Below, piece by piece: positions 11,243-22,963 of a DNA stretch of 64,000 bases. Position 1 is the first letter of the stretch. Every line of letters starts with the position of its first letter. Made by a program: the position numbers and the translations under genes. The DNA is from Ascidiella aspersa (Eukaryota): the NCBI GenBank assembly GCA_963924565.1, contig OZ004608.1, forward strand, positions 6,076,001 through 6,140,000, in the 5' to 3' direction. The notes below the pieces were generated by a model. It did not search any database, was not told where the DNA came from, and was given only the letters and a program-made list of their open reading frames with translations.

Positions 11243-14200
11243 TTTCGTGAATCAATTTTTAAATATTCTACAGGAACCTAAAAACAGAAACTATAAGCCT
11301 AAGCCGATTTTGGTTCCAGTGATTGCATTTAAGGTTGATTTACCGACCACTTCAAAACTTATGTACTATTAGCAACGGAAAACTAATAGATATATTTGCA
11401 AAATATAACCTTACATCAGGGTGGACTTTGACTCAAGTTAGTATTTTCTACTCTATTCTGCTTTCCATATGTCTTTATTATGGCGCCAGTAGATATATAT
11501 ATTCTATATGAAATACCCGGTGTTGCCCAGGTTGACTGTTTGTCAGTTTAATTCTAACTGACAAAAGACTGTTCCAGTTGAGCATGATTTTCCACCAGCA
11601 ATAAGCACGATCTACGGTAGGTTATTAAAGAGGCGGTAAGGCAAACTGCATCAAGCCTACATCGCGCCAAAAAGTTGCATTATATACGCGTTCTTAATAA
11701 CAGAGTAAGTTTACTCAAATCGCGTATTGAAAGCCAAGTTACAGCATTTACTCATGACGAAACTAATTAATAATTTATGTTAAAAAGCTATCACAAACAA
11801 AGGAATCCGCGAATTTACTGATTACGCTAAAAATTCGCAGCTTTAAAAAATCGTTATGGATGGTGACAAAATATTTATAATTTTTCTAGTTGCGATGAAA
11901 TAAGCTTATATGAGGAGGTTGTAGTAAACCGTAGTAAGAATATTAAAGACCATACATTAGTAGGTTGCATTTTGAAAAGGTTTAGTATAAATGTTAAGAT
12001 GGCGACTGAAAGTTGTAGTTAGACGTAGTAAAATTTTTAAGCCCATACAGAAATAGTTTTTTTTTTAACTTTTCGAATATCTCTTTGTTCCTCTTCAGAT
12101 TTATTCAAAACGTTGGCAAAATGCAACCACTACACAGGTCGAACGACGCGGAAACAAATGGCTCATAGGCACCAAAGAGAAAACTTGGTTGTGTTACGCT
12201 TCCTTAAAACTGCAATATATGTGAACTAATTTGAGTAAAGACTTTTGTTATAGATGTGCATTTACAACATATAAAATAATAAAAATAACAAGACGCTTCC
12301 ATACGTTTTTCTTATGACACAAAACGCATCATAAAGTTCGAAAGGAAGTATCACCGTGTCCGCCAGCCTTTGCAGCAATCCGGCATTTTTAACCCCTAGG
12401 TTAAGAGTATGAAAAAATTTATCATCGGAAACTTCAGTCAATATGTGAACGGTAGTTTGAACTTTTGTATAAAACATTCAAACGCAAGTCAGCATTTCGT
12501 AAGCTTCTTACAAACTCAAAACTTTTTAGGAATAAATTCTATATTGTTACTGTCACTATCTAATATCCTGTAAAACATTATTGTTAGCTTGCCCGAATTT
12601 CGTTTTTCTGGTTGTCTACTATGGTATTTACTATAAGCTTGCAAGCAATAAAGTTTCAAGCTATCTGATTTGGTATATTGAATGCTTGGCTTATCTGATA
12701 TAGGTAGTCTACATATAGGTTGTAAAACTGTAATAAAACCCTATATATATTGTATTAATACTCAGTGTTAAAACTCATGATTTGCTCCAGCAGAGCTCTT
12801 TATAGCATTTAAGATTACCCAGTTACGGTTGGCAAGCTTAAAAAGGAGAATCACTATTGAAACTTCCTAAACCATCCGTAAGACTTTAACCATAACATCA
12901 AAATGTCAATAAATAAAGTGTCCGACAATAGCTGAACATTTTCTGAAATACAATTCAGTGTCGGGTTTCAGCTTTTACAGCATTGTGGTCTTTTAGTCAA
13001 ACCCTTTTAGTTCCTTGTTATAACGTAATAGTTTTCACTCTACAGAAACAATGGCCTTATGTGAAAAGACTTGATGTAATATCCGTCATTTGGCGCCTAT
13101 GTTCGGCAATGAAGTATCTAATGGCGAAACAAGCGGTGATAGCGCGTATACAAGAGAGAGAAGAGGAAAGACAAAACTGTTCACTTCGTGTTCACGTATG
13201 CGGAAGGAAAATTACAGGGAACCTACCAGACAAATAAATAAAGACCTTATTAAAATATATTTCACCAGCTTCGTCAGTATATTTGAGTAAATACGAAAAC
13301 AGTATTATAGGCATTAGGTAGAATAATTCAAGAATAAAAATCCTAAATTAAAATCATGAAACTCCATGCCCTAATTATGTCCAAAACAACAAAAAAAGTC
13401 GAATAACGCTTCAGCAAACAGCTGAAAGGCGGCAAAGAGAAACCGAAAGAAAAGGTGAAGTAGAGGCAGAAACACGACACCAACACGAAAGTAAGAACAC
13501 ACAAAACACGGTAACCTTAACACATTTGGGGGCAGTAACATTTTTGAATCTTAACTTTGGCTTTAATTTTATTCGGCCACCTTATGTCTTCGCAAGTATC
13601 TATGCATGAAAGACCGGGACTGCGCAACAAAGTGTAATTAAACGTAACAGAACATATTTAGTTGTTAAGGGTTGTAATATATCGTAATGATGCTACATCG
13701 CTGTGATTTCACTTGAACCATCGTTTAGAAGTGTATTCTCCATAAGGAACTATGGGTAGAACTAGTGTTCCCTCTAAGAAAATTTTCTACTGGGCAAATA
13801 ATTTTTGTAGTGCTCAAGAATTATTTAAGGTTGCGTTTGCAGGATCCCGCAGCTAATCATATGTTTGGTTTGTTTTGGGGCGAGGCGTGAAAATTCTAAA
13901 GATAAAAAATTTAAATCTTAAAAAATGCATTTGTATTTCATGATCCCGCTTTATTTTCAAACAATCCACTGCTGTGTTCGGCACTGTTTAAAATTAATTG
14001 TTTTCTTTAAGCTGGATTTTTCTGATTAGACTTTTATTTCTACTGCTATAAAGTCAAGCAAGCAAAAAAAGACTTTTCATTGATTTTGACACATATTTGT
14101 TATGCTCTATATATGTTCTTATCAGTGGCTAATCCAGACATACCGCCCTAAACTCTAATTGCGTTGAGCCTTTGTGTAAACTTGTGATATAGTTTGAAAA

Positions 14201-14957
14201 TGTGTGTCTTAATACAATAATGCAAGAAGGTTAATTTAAGACCCTGCAACACAACTAGGTAATTTAAATTTTAAAGTATTGCATGTTTTCATCCCTAAAA
14301 AAACATACCATTAGCATTCCATGCCTATAAAGCCAACCTTTGGCGAATAAGGACTGGAGGATTATAGCTAAAGGATTTTCCAAATTTAACATACAAATTT
14401 GTCACTAACTTCGGAAAATTTTATTCGTTTCGGCGGGAAAACGCATCTCATTTTGCCGCGACGATCTTTAAATATGAATATTCTAAAACAATGAGTGTTT
14501 ATTTATTCTTGATTATTTTGACATAATTATTCCCTTATGCACATCTTAAACGTGTTTGTTTTGTATTCCCGTAAAAAGCTTAAACGTCAAATTTTTTTTT
14601 ACATCAACACGGTGTGATAAATAGCTTCCTGTAGTTCACAGTCCTGTTTACGACTTTGTTCGTTGCTGACTTTTATAAATCGCAATGTTGCTTCGTTGCT
14701 AAGTCTAAGATTATAAAACCACCGCTGCTCATATATGAGATTTCCGTAAAGTGTTGTAGCCTATTAGATTACAGTACAATTTATTGAAATTTTCCTCCTA
14801 TAAGTATACCATATTAATTCGTAATCGACAGAAACAATTCAATATTGCTCACATAATACATTTTGAATTATTTTCAAAATGCATAAGGTGCTTTAATGTT
14901 TTCGAGAAATTTGTTATGTTAAGTATAAGTGACGTAAACAAATCACTATAGGCTATG

Positions 14958-15380
14958 TCAGGAATGGCCAAGCTTTTAGCATAAGTTGCGCATTGCCACT
15001 TTAAATATTTCGATGGGCCGCAAAACATTTTAAATAAAAGTTGTGACGTCATAAGTTACATCATAAAACAACTCAACTTATAAACACCCGCTCTTCGATA
15101 CAGAACTCATGCGCCAATATGCAAGGGCGAAAAATTGAGTTTACATGTCGTATCATGCCACGGTAAAACACCCTTGGGCTGATATTATTTCTTAAAACGG
15201 CCCGCAAAAACACATATTTAGAAAAATACACACTTACTTAACAATGACGGAGGCAGAAGTTTTCAATGGAATGACGCGAATATATAGTCTCAAAAAATAT
15301 AAGATTAAGCCTACATCAAATACTGTGCCTTCTACACGTTTTGATGATAGTCGAAACAATTGTTTTGATTAAAGGCTACT
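14958..15380. mobile_element. Probable hAT-derived insertion present in unit 1 only
   Basis: Begins caggaatggccaag (hAT-like end). Absent from the paralogous position near 33980. Right boundary approximate. Confidence 0.45.
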
Positions 15381-15974
15381 GAAAACGTTTTAGTAGAGTT
15401 CAGTGAAATGTCATTATCAATCAAAATAAACCAACTCTTAAGTAAAACCAAAAACAATTTGTATTGGCTAACATTGTGAGGATCTTTAAATCGAACTTTT
15501 CATTTGTGACAAATTCCAAAACATAATCAAACATAAAATTAAAACAAGTCCTGAACTTAAAGATTAAGATTAACCAAACAGTAACGATAGAAATTTCAAT
15601 AAAAATATAAAAGCCATAATATTTGATAAAAGCGACATTTCGCAATTTACAGACGTTTCAGCATTAACTCATGCCATCATCAGTGTAAAAATCAAGTGAA
15701 GATACAAGCGATAAAACGTAAAATTACTAAAGAAACCCGTGTATTGTGTTCCAAAGTAACGATAGAGATGTACAAATAAACGTTAAGTAACAATTAGGAC
15801 GCGTATAAGAAAACAAAACAGTTCAGAATGCTGCGATCGTAGCAGTGATCTAAATACAGATAAAAATGTTTCCGCAGGGAACGTTGAATGTCTCATTTCG
15901 CGTAAAATATTGTCAATACCGATAAATTATTAACAGACTGTGTATTTTATTGGTAATTACTTTGCTTTAGCTCA

Positions 15975-16262
15975 TTAGCATGATTGATCTGGCGACTTGA
16001 ACTCGACATAATCCCCGTGTTTTCCCTCATTTCCCTGGACCCGAAACACAGGGTTGAGATTCACGTAACCGCTTTCTTGGTATTCGTCATCAGAACATTC
16101 TTTTGTGACTTAAAATATTAGGATTAAATATGCAATTTGTTCAATCAAGACATTCTTGTTGTTATTTTAGGTTTCCACGGATAATGCAAACTTAACAATA
16201 CCAAATGGCAAAAGCACTACGAACTAATGTCAAACAACTGTCGCACTCAGAAGCCTATTCAT
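15975..16262 (-). pseudogene. Internally deleted lectin-receptor relic: decayed A-type signal-peptide start joined to an intact Tyr-motif terminal exon
   Basis: 16262-16201 aligns to the A-gene start (ATG..AGTGCTTTTGCCATTTGG) with a frameshift. 16108-15975 reads TKECSDDEYQESGYVNLNPVFRVQGNEGKHGDYVEFKSPDQSC*. Its upstream region resembles that of A1. Confidence 0.7.
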
Positions 16263-17691
16263 CCTACATGACTGTGTTGTAAACTAAAAGACTATAAACT
16301 GAATGAACACAATACTGCAACTCGCACCAATATAAGGTTTATAGCAACCTTATGATAACCTATAATACTGTAGTTACATTTATCTTATTGATTTAGAGCC
16401 ATAGCTTTTCCTTAAAGAAACCACCTCTTCAAACTGCTCGACGTTTGTGATGCATGACGCTTCACAAACACTCATGTGTGGGAGAGCGCCCTGACTGAAT
16501 TGTTTCACAAAAGAACAATATTTTTCAAGTATACCATTTTGTTTCATCTACCTGAACAATTCAATATTGCTCACTTACATACATTTGGATAAGTATTGCA
16601 TTAAATTGCCAAACAAGGTAGTTTAGTGTTTTTAGAGAAAGTTGGTTGTGTTACGCTTTCTTAAAACTGCAATATATGTCCAATATTTGAGTTAAGAGTT
16701 TAGCGAGATAACATTACAAACAATGATAAAACGATTCTAAAACAACACCAAGAACAGTTCATATTGGCTAACCGAGTGTGGAACTTTAAAAAAAGTTGAA
16801 TTCATGATTTATAGCAAATAATAAAAATGTGTTATAATTAAATAAAGTGGCGCTCCAGCAGCAAATTTTAGGATTTTCCCATATATTTTTTATTTGTCAG
16901 CATCACCATCTGTCATTTGACTGGAATTATAAGTTTAACTTTGACAACTTGAATACAATATTAAAATATTTAGTTTTATAATACACGATACAAGATGGAA
17001 TCAAAGAGTATTAGCAAGTTGTCAATATCCTAATCGGTTTCTCGGATTGTTGTTTGGTAATACTTAATAAAAAACAAACGTAAAACAGTGAAAACTTATC
17101 AAACTTAAAAGAGGACTTTTCACAGTTTAAACATTAAATTATCGAAATTTTATTTGTAGCGTTTTGTATTTCTTTCTCACATTAAATGTTTCGTGTTATT
17201 CTTCTATTTCTTTGCTGATTTCTATTATCTCACGCTTTGCCTAAAGGCGCCGAGCTTTTTTCTTCGGTGATTGTACACAAGTCTTGCAGTCTTGTGTTAA
17301 CTTGTCATTTCATCAGCATTTTAAAGTAAGCTGCAGCTTTTAGGTTTAACAGTAACTGTTTGTTTAGCAAAGATTATTATTCGTTTTGGTAAGAAGCTTT
17401 CATGAACTTCTACTCAAGGTCATAAACGTATATCATCAGATCCTAAGGTAAGTGTTTTTAAGTTCATATAGTTGGTTTGTAAACAATATTTTTTCCACCA
17501 TAGATCTTGTTTTTAGTTTAACTTTTTTTTTCTGCTATCTGAAGTTACAGCTAATATTCTTTGTGATATAAGCTTTTATATTGTTTCACATTGCAAAATA
17601 AAACCAAGACACATACACCTTACGAAAAAGTTGATTCAAAGGGATTTAAAGAAAATATAATTACCTAACAGAATGTTTTTCGACTCGCTCC

Positions 17692-17760
17692 CCTCTGAGC
17701 CTGTGTAGCCCAGTTGGTAGAGCGACAGTAGGTCGTGAGTTTGAACCTCACTGCAGGCTA
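17692..17760 (+). mobile_element. tRNA-derived repeat (SINE-like or pseudo-tRNA)
   Basis: A-box-like tagcccagttggtagagc and B-box-like gagtttgaacc. Anticodon arm deleted. Same family as 47245-47575. Confidence 0.6.
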
Positions 17761-17852
17761 TAGTCGTTTTTCTAGCCTGTCTTGGCTGTCTTGCTTGAGA
17801 TAGCTTACAACTACACAAAAGCAAGGTTCTTTAAATAATGGAGTATTTAGAC

Positions 17853-18150
17853 CAGGATTTCCCAAACTGTGGTCCGCGGACGACTGCACAGGTGGTCCGT
17901 GGTGATATGAAGAAATTTTCACCCACGTTGCACAGTACGTACCCTTTCAAAGATAAACTACACAACATAATGATTTCGAAAGCTTTTGCTATCCAGTATC
18001 GTAAATCTTACTTCTTACACCTTCATTCTAGTCAAAAAGTTGTTTACGAAAAAATTATCAAATTTCTCGTTTATGACGGATAATATATTCTTGTGTGAGA
18101 GAGCATTTTCAGCTCTTACAACCATGAAGACAACATGCAGGTCCAAACTT
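17853..18150 (+). mobile_element. hAT (Buster/Charlie-type) transposon relic
   Basis: Terminus caggatttcccaaactgtgg. 18085-18150 translates IFLCERAFSALTTMKTTCRSKL, resembling the C-terminal LCExxFS motif of Buster-type transposases. Confidence 0.65.
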
Positions 18151-18405
18151 TTCGGGTAATATTTGTATGTTTTTACATGTTTGGGACAATTGGTCACATC
18201 GTTTGGATGACAATTTTACTTTAAAATACGGGTTCATGTCTTAAACCATTTCTTGTGCTTGTTTTTCTAATTGTACTGAGGCTGACTTCCGAAATCATAA
18301 AACGATCATCAAGACATATTGAAAAAGGTACGACCATAAACAGCTTCTACAGTTTTACTGCGTGGGCCATTCAATACAGCGTGACGTTGCGATCAGCTGA
18401 AGTCG

Positions 18406-18541
18406 TACGGGACGCCATATAATTCCTGCATTAATACGGGACGCCATATAATCCCTGCATTAATACGGGGCGCCATATAATTCCTGCATTAATACGGGAC
18501 GCCATATATTTCCTGCATTAATACGGGGCGCCATATTTCCT
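18406..18541. repeat. 29-bp minisatellite, about 4.6 copies
   Basis: Unit tacgggacgccatataattcctgcattaa starting at 18406, 18435, 18464, 18493 and 18522, with no spacers. Confidence 0.9.
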
Positions 18542-18819
18542 CCAATGTGAAACAATGGGTAGAAGGTATATTAAGAGCATAATTAATTCCACGACGTCCT
18601 TCAAGTGCAAGGGTGAGATATAGTCAAGTTAATGCTTAAATGACGCTAATTTTCTTACACTATTTTTTGTGCGTTACGGTGGTCAACCAACTGATCAGCA
18701 TTATGACGTAGATTTTCAGTCAACAGAAAAACTGATATATCGTATATGTGCTTTGGATTACGGTATAGTGAATTTCAGATACTCCTCTGTGCGATATTTT
18801 GTGGCGTGAGTTCAACGAT

Positions 18820-21800
18820 TCAACGCTTTATCACGGCCGTGTACATGTCGTTGCTGGTAGGTTGGGTGTTGGAATCTGCAAGGTGACTAGATTCTTCGTC
18901 AGCGAAGTTGTAGGTTTGTGACGACTCTGTTTCATTTCCTTGTGGTTCAGCTCCTTAAAAATCATACACAGGTTATACCGATGCACTATAAATATCGAAA
19001 TTTGCGTGATATCTGCACCCTGCTTGCGATTAATTTATCTGACGCCTTGGACAGCATCAATAGAATTGTTACTTAACATGTACCTAAAGCAACCGATAGA
19101 GAGTTTTGATAAAAGTGTAAGCACAACAAATTATTCGAAGCTCGGAAATTTCCGTATTGCAACGGAAAAGGGCGTATTTCATTGCAAATGTCTGATTAGG
19201 CCGGGTCTGCGGACTAATTGCCAGAAAAAACAATTAAACACTGTAAAAAGTTTTGGTCAGTTTGATTTTATTTTTTAGAAAAACTCCATATTTAGAGTTC
19301 GCGTGTTTTGAGTCAGATGCAAAAAAACAGGCGGGTTATACCATTCTTGTTCGTAAATTGAATATGGGATCATTAAAACCACGGAATCTTTGCAAGTTTG
19401 CTACTGTTTTCCATTCTACTTGGTATCGCTCCGAAACACATAACTACCTGTAATCATGCTTTCTCCTTAGAATATAATCATTTCCATAATTTATTTGATG
19501 TCTTACCACGTGTTGCTTCGGAGTAGACCGCTTCCTGTATGGAAATGGATACATTGTCTTCCACCGTGCTGTACTCCACACTCAATCTACCACTTGAACG
19601 TTGGTTTTGCCCATAAGTTGCCGGATTAACGGCGGTGGTTGAGGTTGCCATTCCTGTCATGTTCAGGTGCGAATATTCGTTGTCGCATTGTTGTGTGCTT
19701 TCGAATTGCAGCGTTGAGTATTCTTGCCGCGGTTCTGGCAACTCGTAATCGTTTTCCGCTTCATCCTGGTCTGTACGAGTCAAAATAACTTTTAAATGAA
19801 GAACCGACCGGCCTATGCAAGACATAAACTTAAAAATAAAAAACGAATTAACAATAGTAAAGGTACACTTTTTAATTCTATACGGCAGGAGCAAAATAGA
19901 TTACAATTTTGTGAGGATTTGGGTAAACTATATGAGGTGATTGAAGCATAACAACCGGATGTTGTAGTTGGCGTACAACAAATATCAAATCCCAAGCAAA
20001 AATGGGCAGCATTTTATATACATTAAAATACCTTTAAATCACAAGGATACCTATACTTGCACTTTTGGGGGCTTCATTATTTATTCTTGGTCTATATATA
20101 ATGCCTCATATTCAAGCAAACTTATCCAGGCCGATCGATCTTTCGCAAAAGGTCGTTTAGCGGTTAAAATATCCCCCATAATCATTGACTGAAAATACAG
20201 CAAAAAAAAAGTTTAAAAAAATAAGTTTAACTTAAGAATAAACCGTTATGTGGTTGTGTTGCTGCTGTTTTAGTCGCCTCCGTTGTTCTACGCTTCCTGA
20301 AATGGAAGCAAAGCACAGATAAACAAACCACGGTAAAGTATTATTAGCCAAAGCCTTCCACCCACCTCAGACAATGCACAGCAGCAACTACTGCGCAACA
20401 AAGAAGCACAGCTCCCGCGATTGAAGCGGCTAATGTTGTGGTTAGATTTCCTGTGCCTCCAGATGACATGGTTGTGCTGTAGACTACAAAGCAAACACGT
20501 GTAAATCTCTTTTGATAACAATTTGACCATAAACGAGAAAAAGGTATTACTCCTGTTTGGTTGTCAATTAAAAGAAAAACCCAAACAATTTCGCAGCTAA
20601 AGCCAATTTACGATTAGGCCTATCATACTCTATTTGGTTATTAGGCAATTTTAAATGAACTTATATTTACCTTGCGATCCAGTTTCTGTTGTTATAATAA
20701 AGCTTTCCGTCACATGTGAAGTCACACTGTCGTTTTGGGCCTGATCTGTAGACAATTTGTGTAATCCGCTTTAAATAGTTATTGGCAATGGTTAAATCAG
20801 TGTTTTTTTTTAACTTGGGGGCGCACCTGGAGGCATTTTAAAACGAGGCGGCGCACTTTTTGAGCGAAGCGGGCGCGAAAAATTTGAGCTCTACCTGTTT
20901 TTCTCTTAAATAGGTTGCAATTTTTTATTATATAGGCTTTATAGTATATTTAAAGAGACTCCACCCTTGAGACCAAAATAAGAACAACATTAACTTGGCA
21001 ATAAAAGACAGTTAGGAATAGGGCGTAAATAGGACTAATACCTAATAGTCGTAACAATGACGAAATCGGAATAAGACCTAATTGGACAAAATAAGGCCAG
21101 ATACAACCTTTATTTAACCCCAAACACCATACGTAATTATCACCAACTTCACGAATATTTTCAACCTTATTATAATTAATCCAATTGCTAACACCACCAA
21201 CTACCCGCCCATAAAGCCCAAACAGAGGCAAAAAAACGGTGCAAAAACAGCGGCGCCCAAATATCCGCAGAAACGGCCAATGCCAAACAGGTGTCCCCCA
21301 ATCATCCCATATCCTGATCATCCCATACCCAGTCTTGGGCGTAATTTTGTCCAGTTAGTTCTTATTTCGATTAATTTCGGGCTTAGTTCGACATGTTTAG
21401 GTCTTATCTAGACTATATTTTAGATATTTTTCTGTCTGGTCATTACTGCGAATTTGGCGTAATTATGTCGGTGGTCTTAGTACTATGGTATTATAGATTA
21501 TCTGATTTAGATATTGCTGCTTTGTAGGTCTTTGGAATCAATAAGCTAAGCTTAATAGGAAGGTAATTTCTAATTAGTGTTAATCCACTGTAAATATTAA
21601 AATTGCAGCGGCTAGTATATAGTGGTTTGGTTTCCTGAAAAGTTTCCAGATGACATGACTGCGCTAAAGACTACAAATCAAACACTTTTTAAGAAAATCT
21701 AAAATTTTTCAGTTTCAGCAAATTTGCGATTACCTCACTCTATTTGGTTATTAGCAGTTTTAAAAGTTCTTATATTTACCTTGCGATCCAGTTTTTGTTG

Positions 21801-22963
21801 TTATATTAAAGCTTCCCGTCACGTATGACGTCACGTTGTCGATATGACCCTGGTCTGTAGACGATTTAGGAAATCCGCATTAAATGGTTAATGGCAATGG
21901 TTAAGTCGAAGACAATAGTGAACTTCTTGTAAGTCTTATGTGTGCTTTACCTGCCTTTTTACCACGGGCTACAAAAATTAGGGGTTTAGCATAACAAGTT
22001 TGCTGAGTAATAGTAGCATAATTCTTAACATCTGTCCAAACTTGTGGGTACGTTTAGTTTTCTCATGTTAAACGTTTATAAAGAAAATGTTTATTGTACG
22101 CTTTACGATACCTGAAATGCGTGAGTATTAGCCTGTTTCGAGACGTTATAGTTGGACAAGGACGCATTTTTTAACAATACAGATTACATGTTTGTAGCAC
22201 AACTTAAGCCGCTATCGAAATGCGGAATGTGTTCAACACATTTACAACAGTCTTGTAGTCGTAAACGTTTAACCCTTGAAAGACCTGTTATAACGTTGTT
22301 GGTTGATAAAGCGTAGACTGTTGTCGCAATGTTTGTAGAAACTTCAACTTGTGACTGGAGAGTGGTGAACGGTTGTGTTGTTTGTGGTGGAGCATGTTCA
22401 GCAAATAAAAACACGTGATTTTTATAAAGTCAATTTTAAGTGTAAATAGTCAGACTTACTAATCGCTCTTTGGCAAATGTATTTTTCCTTTCTGCTGCAT
22501 TTTATGTCAACCCAAGGATAGTCCTGTCCACTTTTCTCCATTGCTGCGCAATCCTCCAGCCATAATACGTTATTCGGCTCTCCAGGTCTCCATTTCGTGT
22601 AATTTAACTGTGATTCGTCCCGCCATTCGAATATGCTGTTCTCTTTTCAATCCGATATAATAATTGTTTGTACCTGAAAATAGAGGCGCAATTACAGTAC
22701 GTCACAACTCGTGCTCTTGGTTGAACTTGTTAGAAAACACTACCTGCAATATTTCGCAGTTCATTCGCTAAAAATGTTTGTATCCTACACGAGTTGACTT
22801 TTACCAGACTTCCATTTAATCTAACACACTCTTCTGAAGCTTGATGGAAAGTTTTTTTGTTGGTGCTTTCGATGTGGTATTCCAGGTTGTCCAATTGATG
22901 CCAAATAGCAAAAGCACTACCAAACAATGTTAAAACAATTGTCACACAAAGCAGCTTAATCAT
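18820..22963 (-). pseudogene. C-type lectin receptor A2 (EPN CTLD, stalk, TM, ITAM-like/ITIM tail); ectodomain disrupted
   Basis: Exons 22963-22744, 22673-22460 (5-nt deletion after KR, frameshift), 22398-22285 (acceptor CAG mutated to CTG), 21968-21951, 21854-21780, 20745-20671, 20483-20366 (TM LAASIAGAVLLCCAVVAAVHCL), 20296-20244 (RKRR), 19770-19507 (YELP, YSTL-x11-YSHL, VEYSTV, VYSEA), 18953-18820 (..TYNF..DMYTAVIKR*). Confidence 0.75.
20800..21560. mobile_element. Intronic insertion with internal inverted arms (foldback/MITE-like); copy at about 36040-36800
   Basis: 21071-21098 (ataagacctaattggacaaaataaggcc) is nearly the reverse complement of ~21337-21365. The insertion interrupts a local duplication. 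Boundaries approximate. Confidence 0.45.

Noticed and set aside
18406-18541. 29-bp repeats as a CRISPR array
   Set aside because: Head-to-tail copies with no unique spacers, in a eukaryotic context with no cas genes.
20950-21321. 123-aa Trp-rich ORF (copy at 36266-36553)
   Set aside because: Lies in an intronic repeat, has no recognisable domain, and its 3' frame is not conserved between copies.
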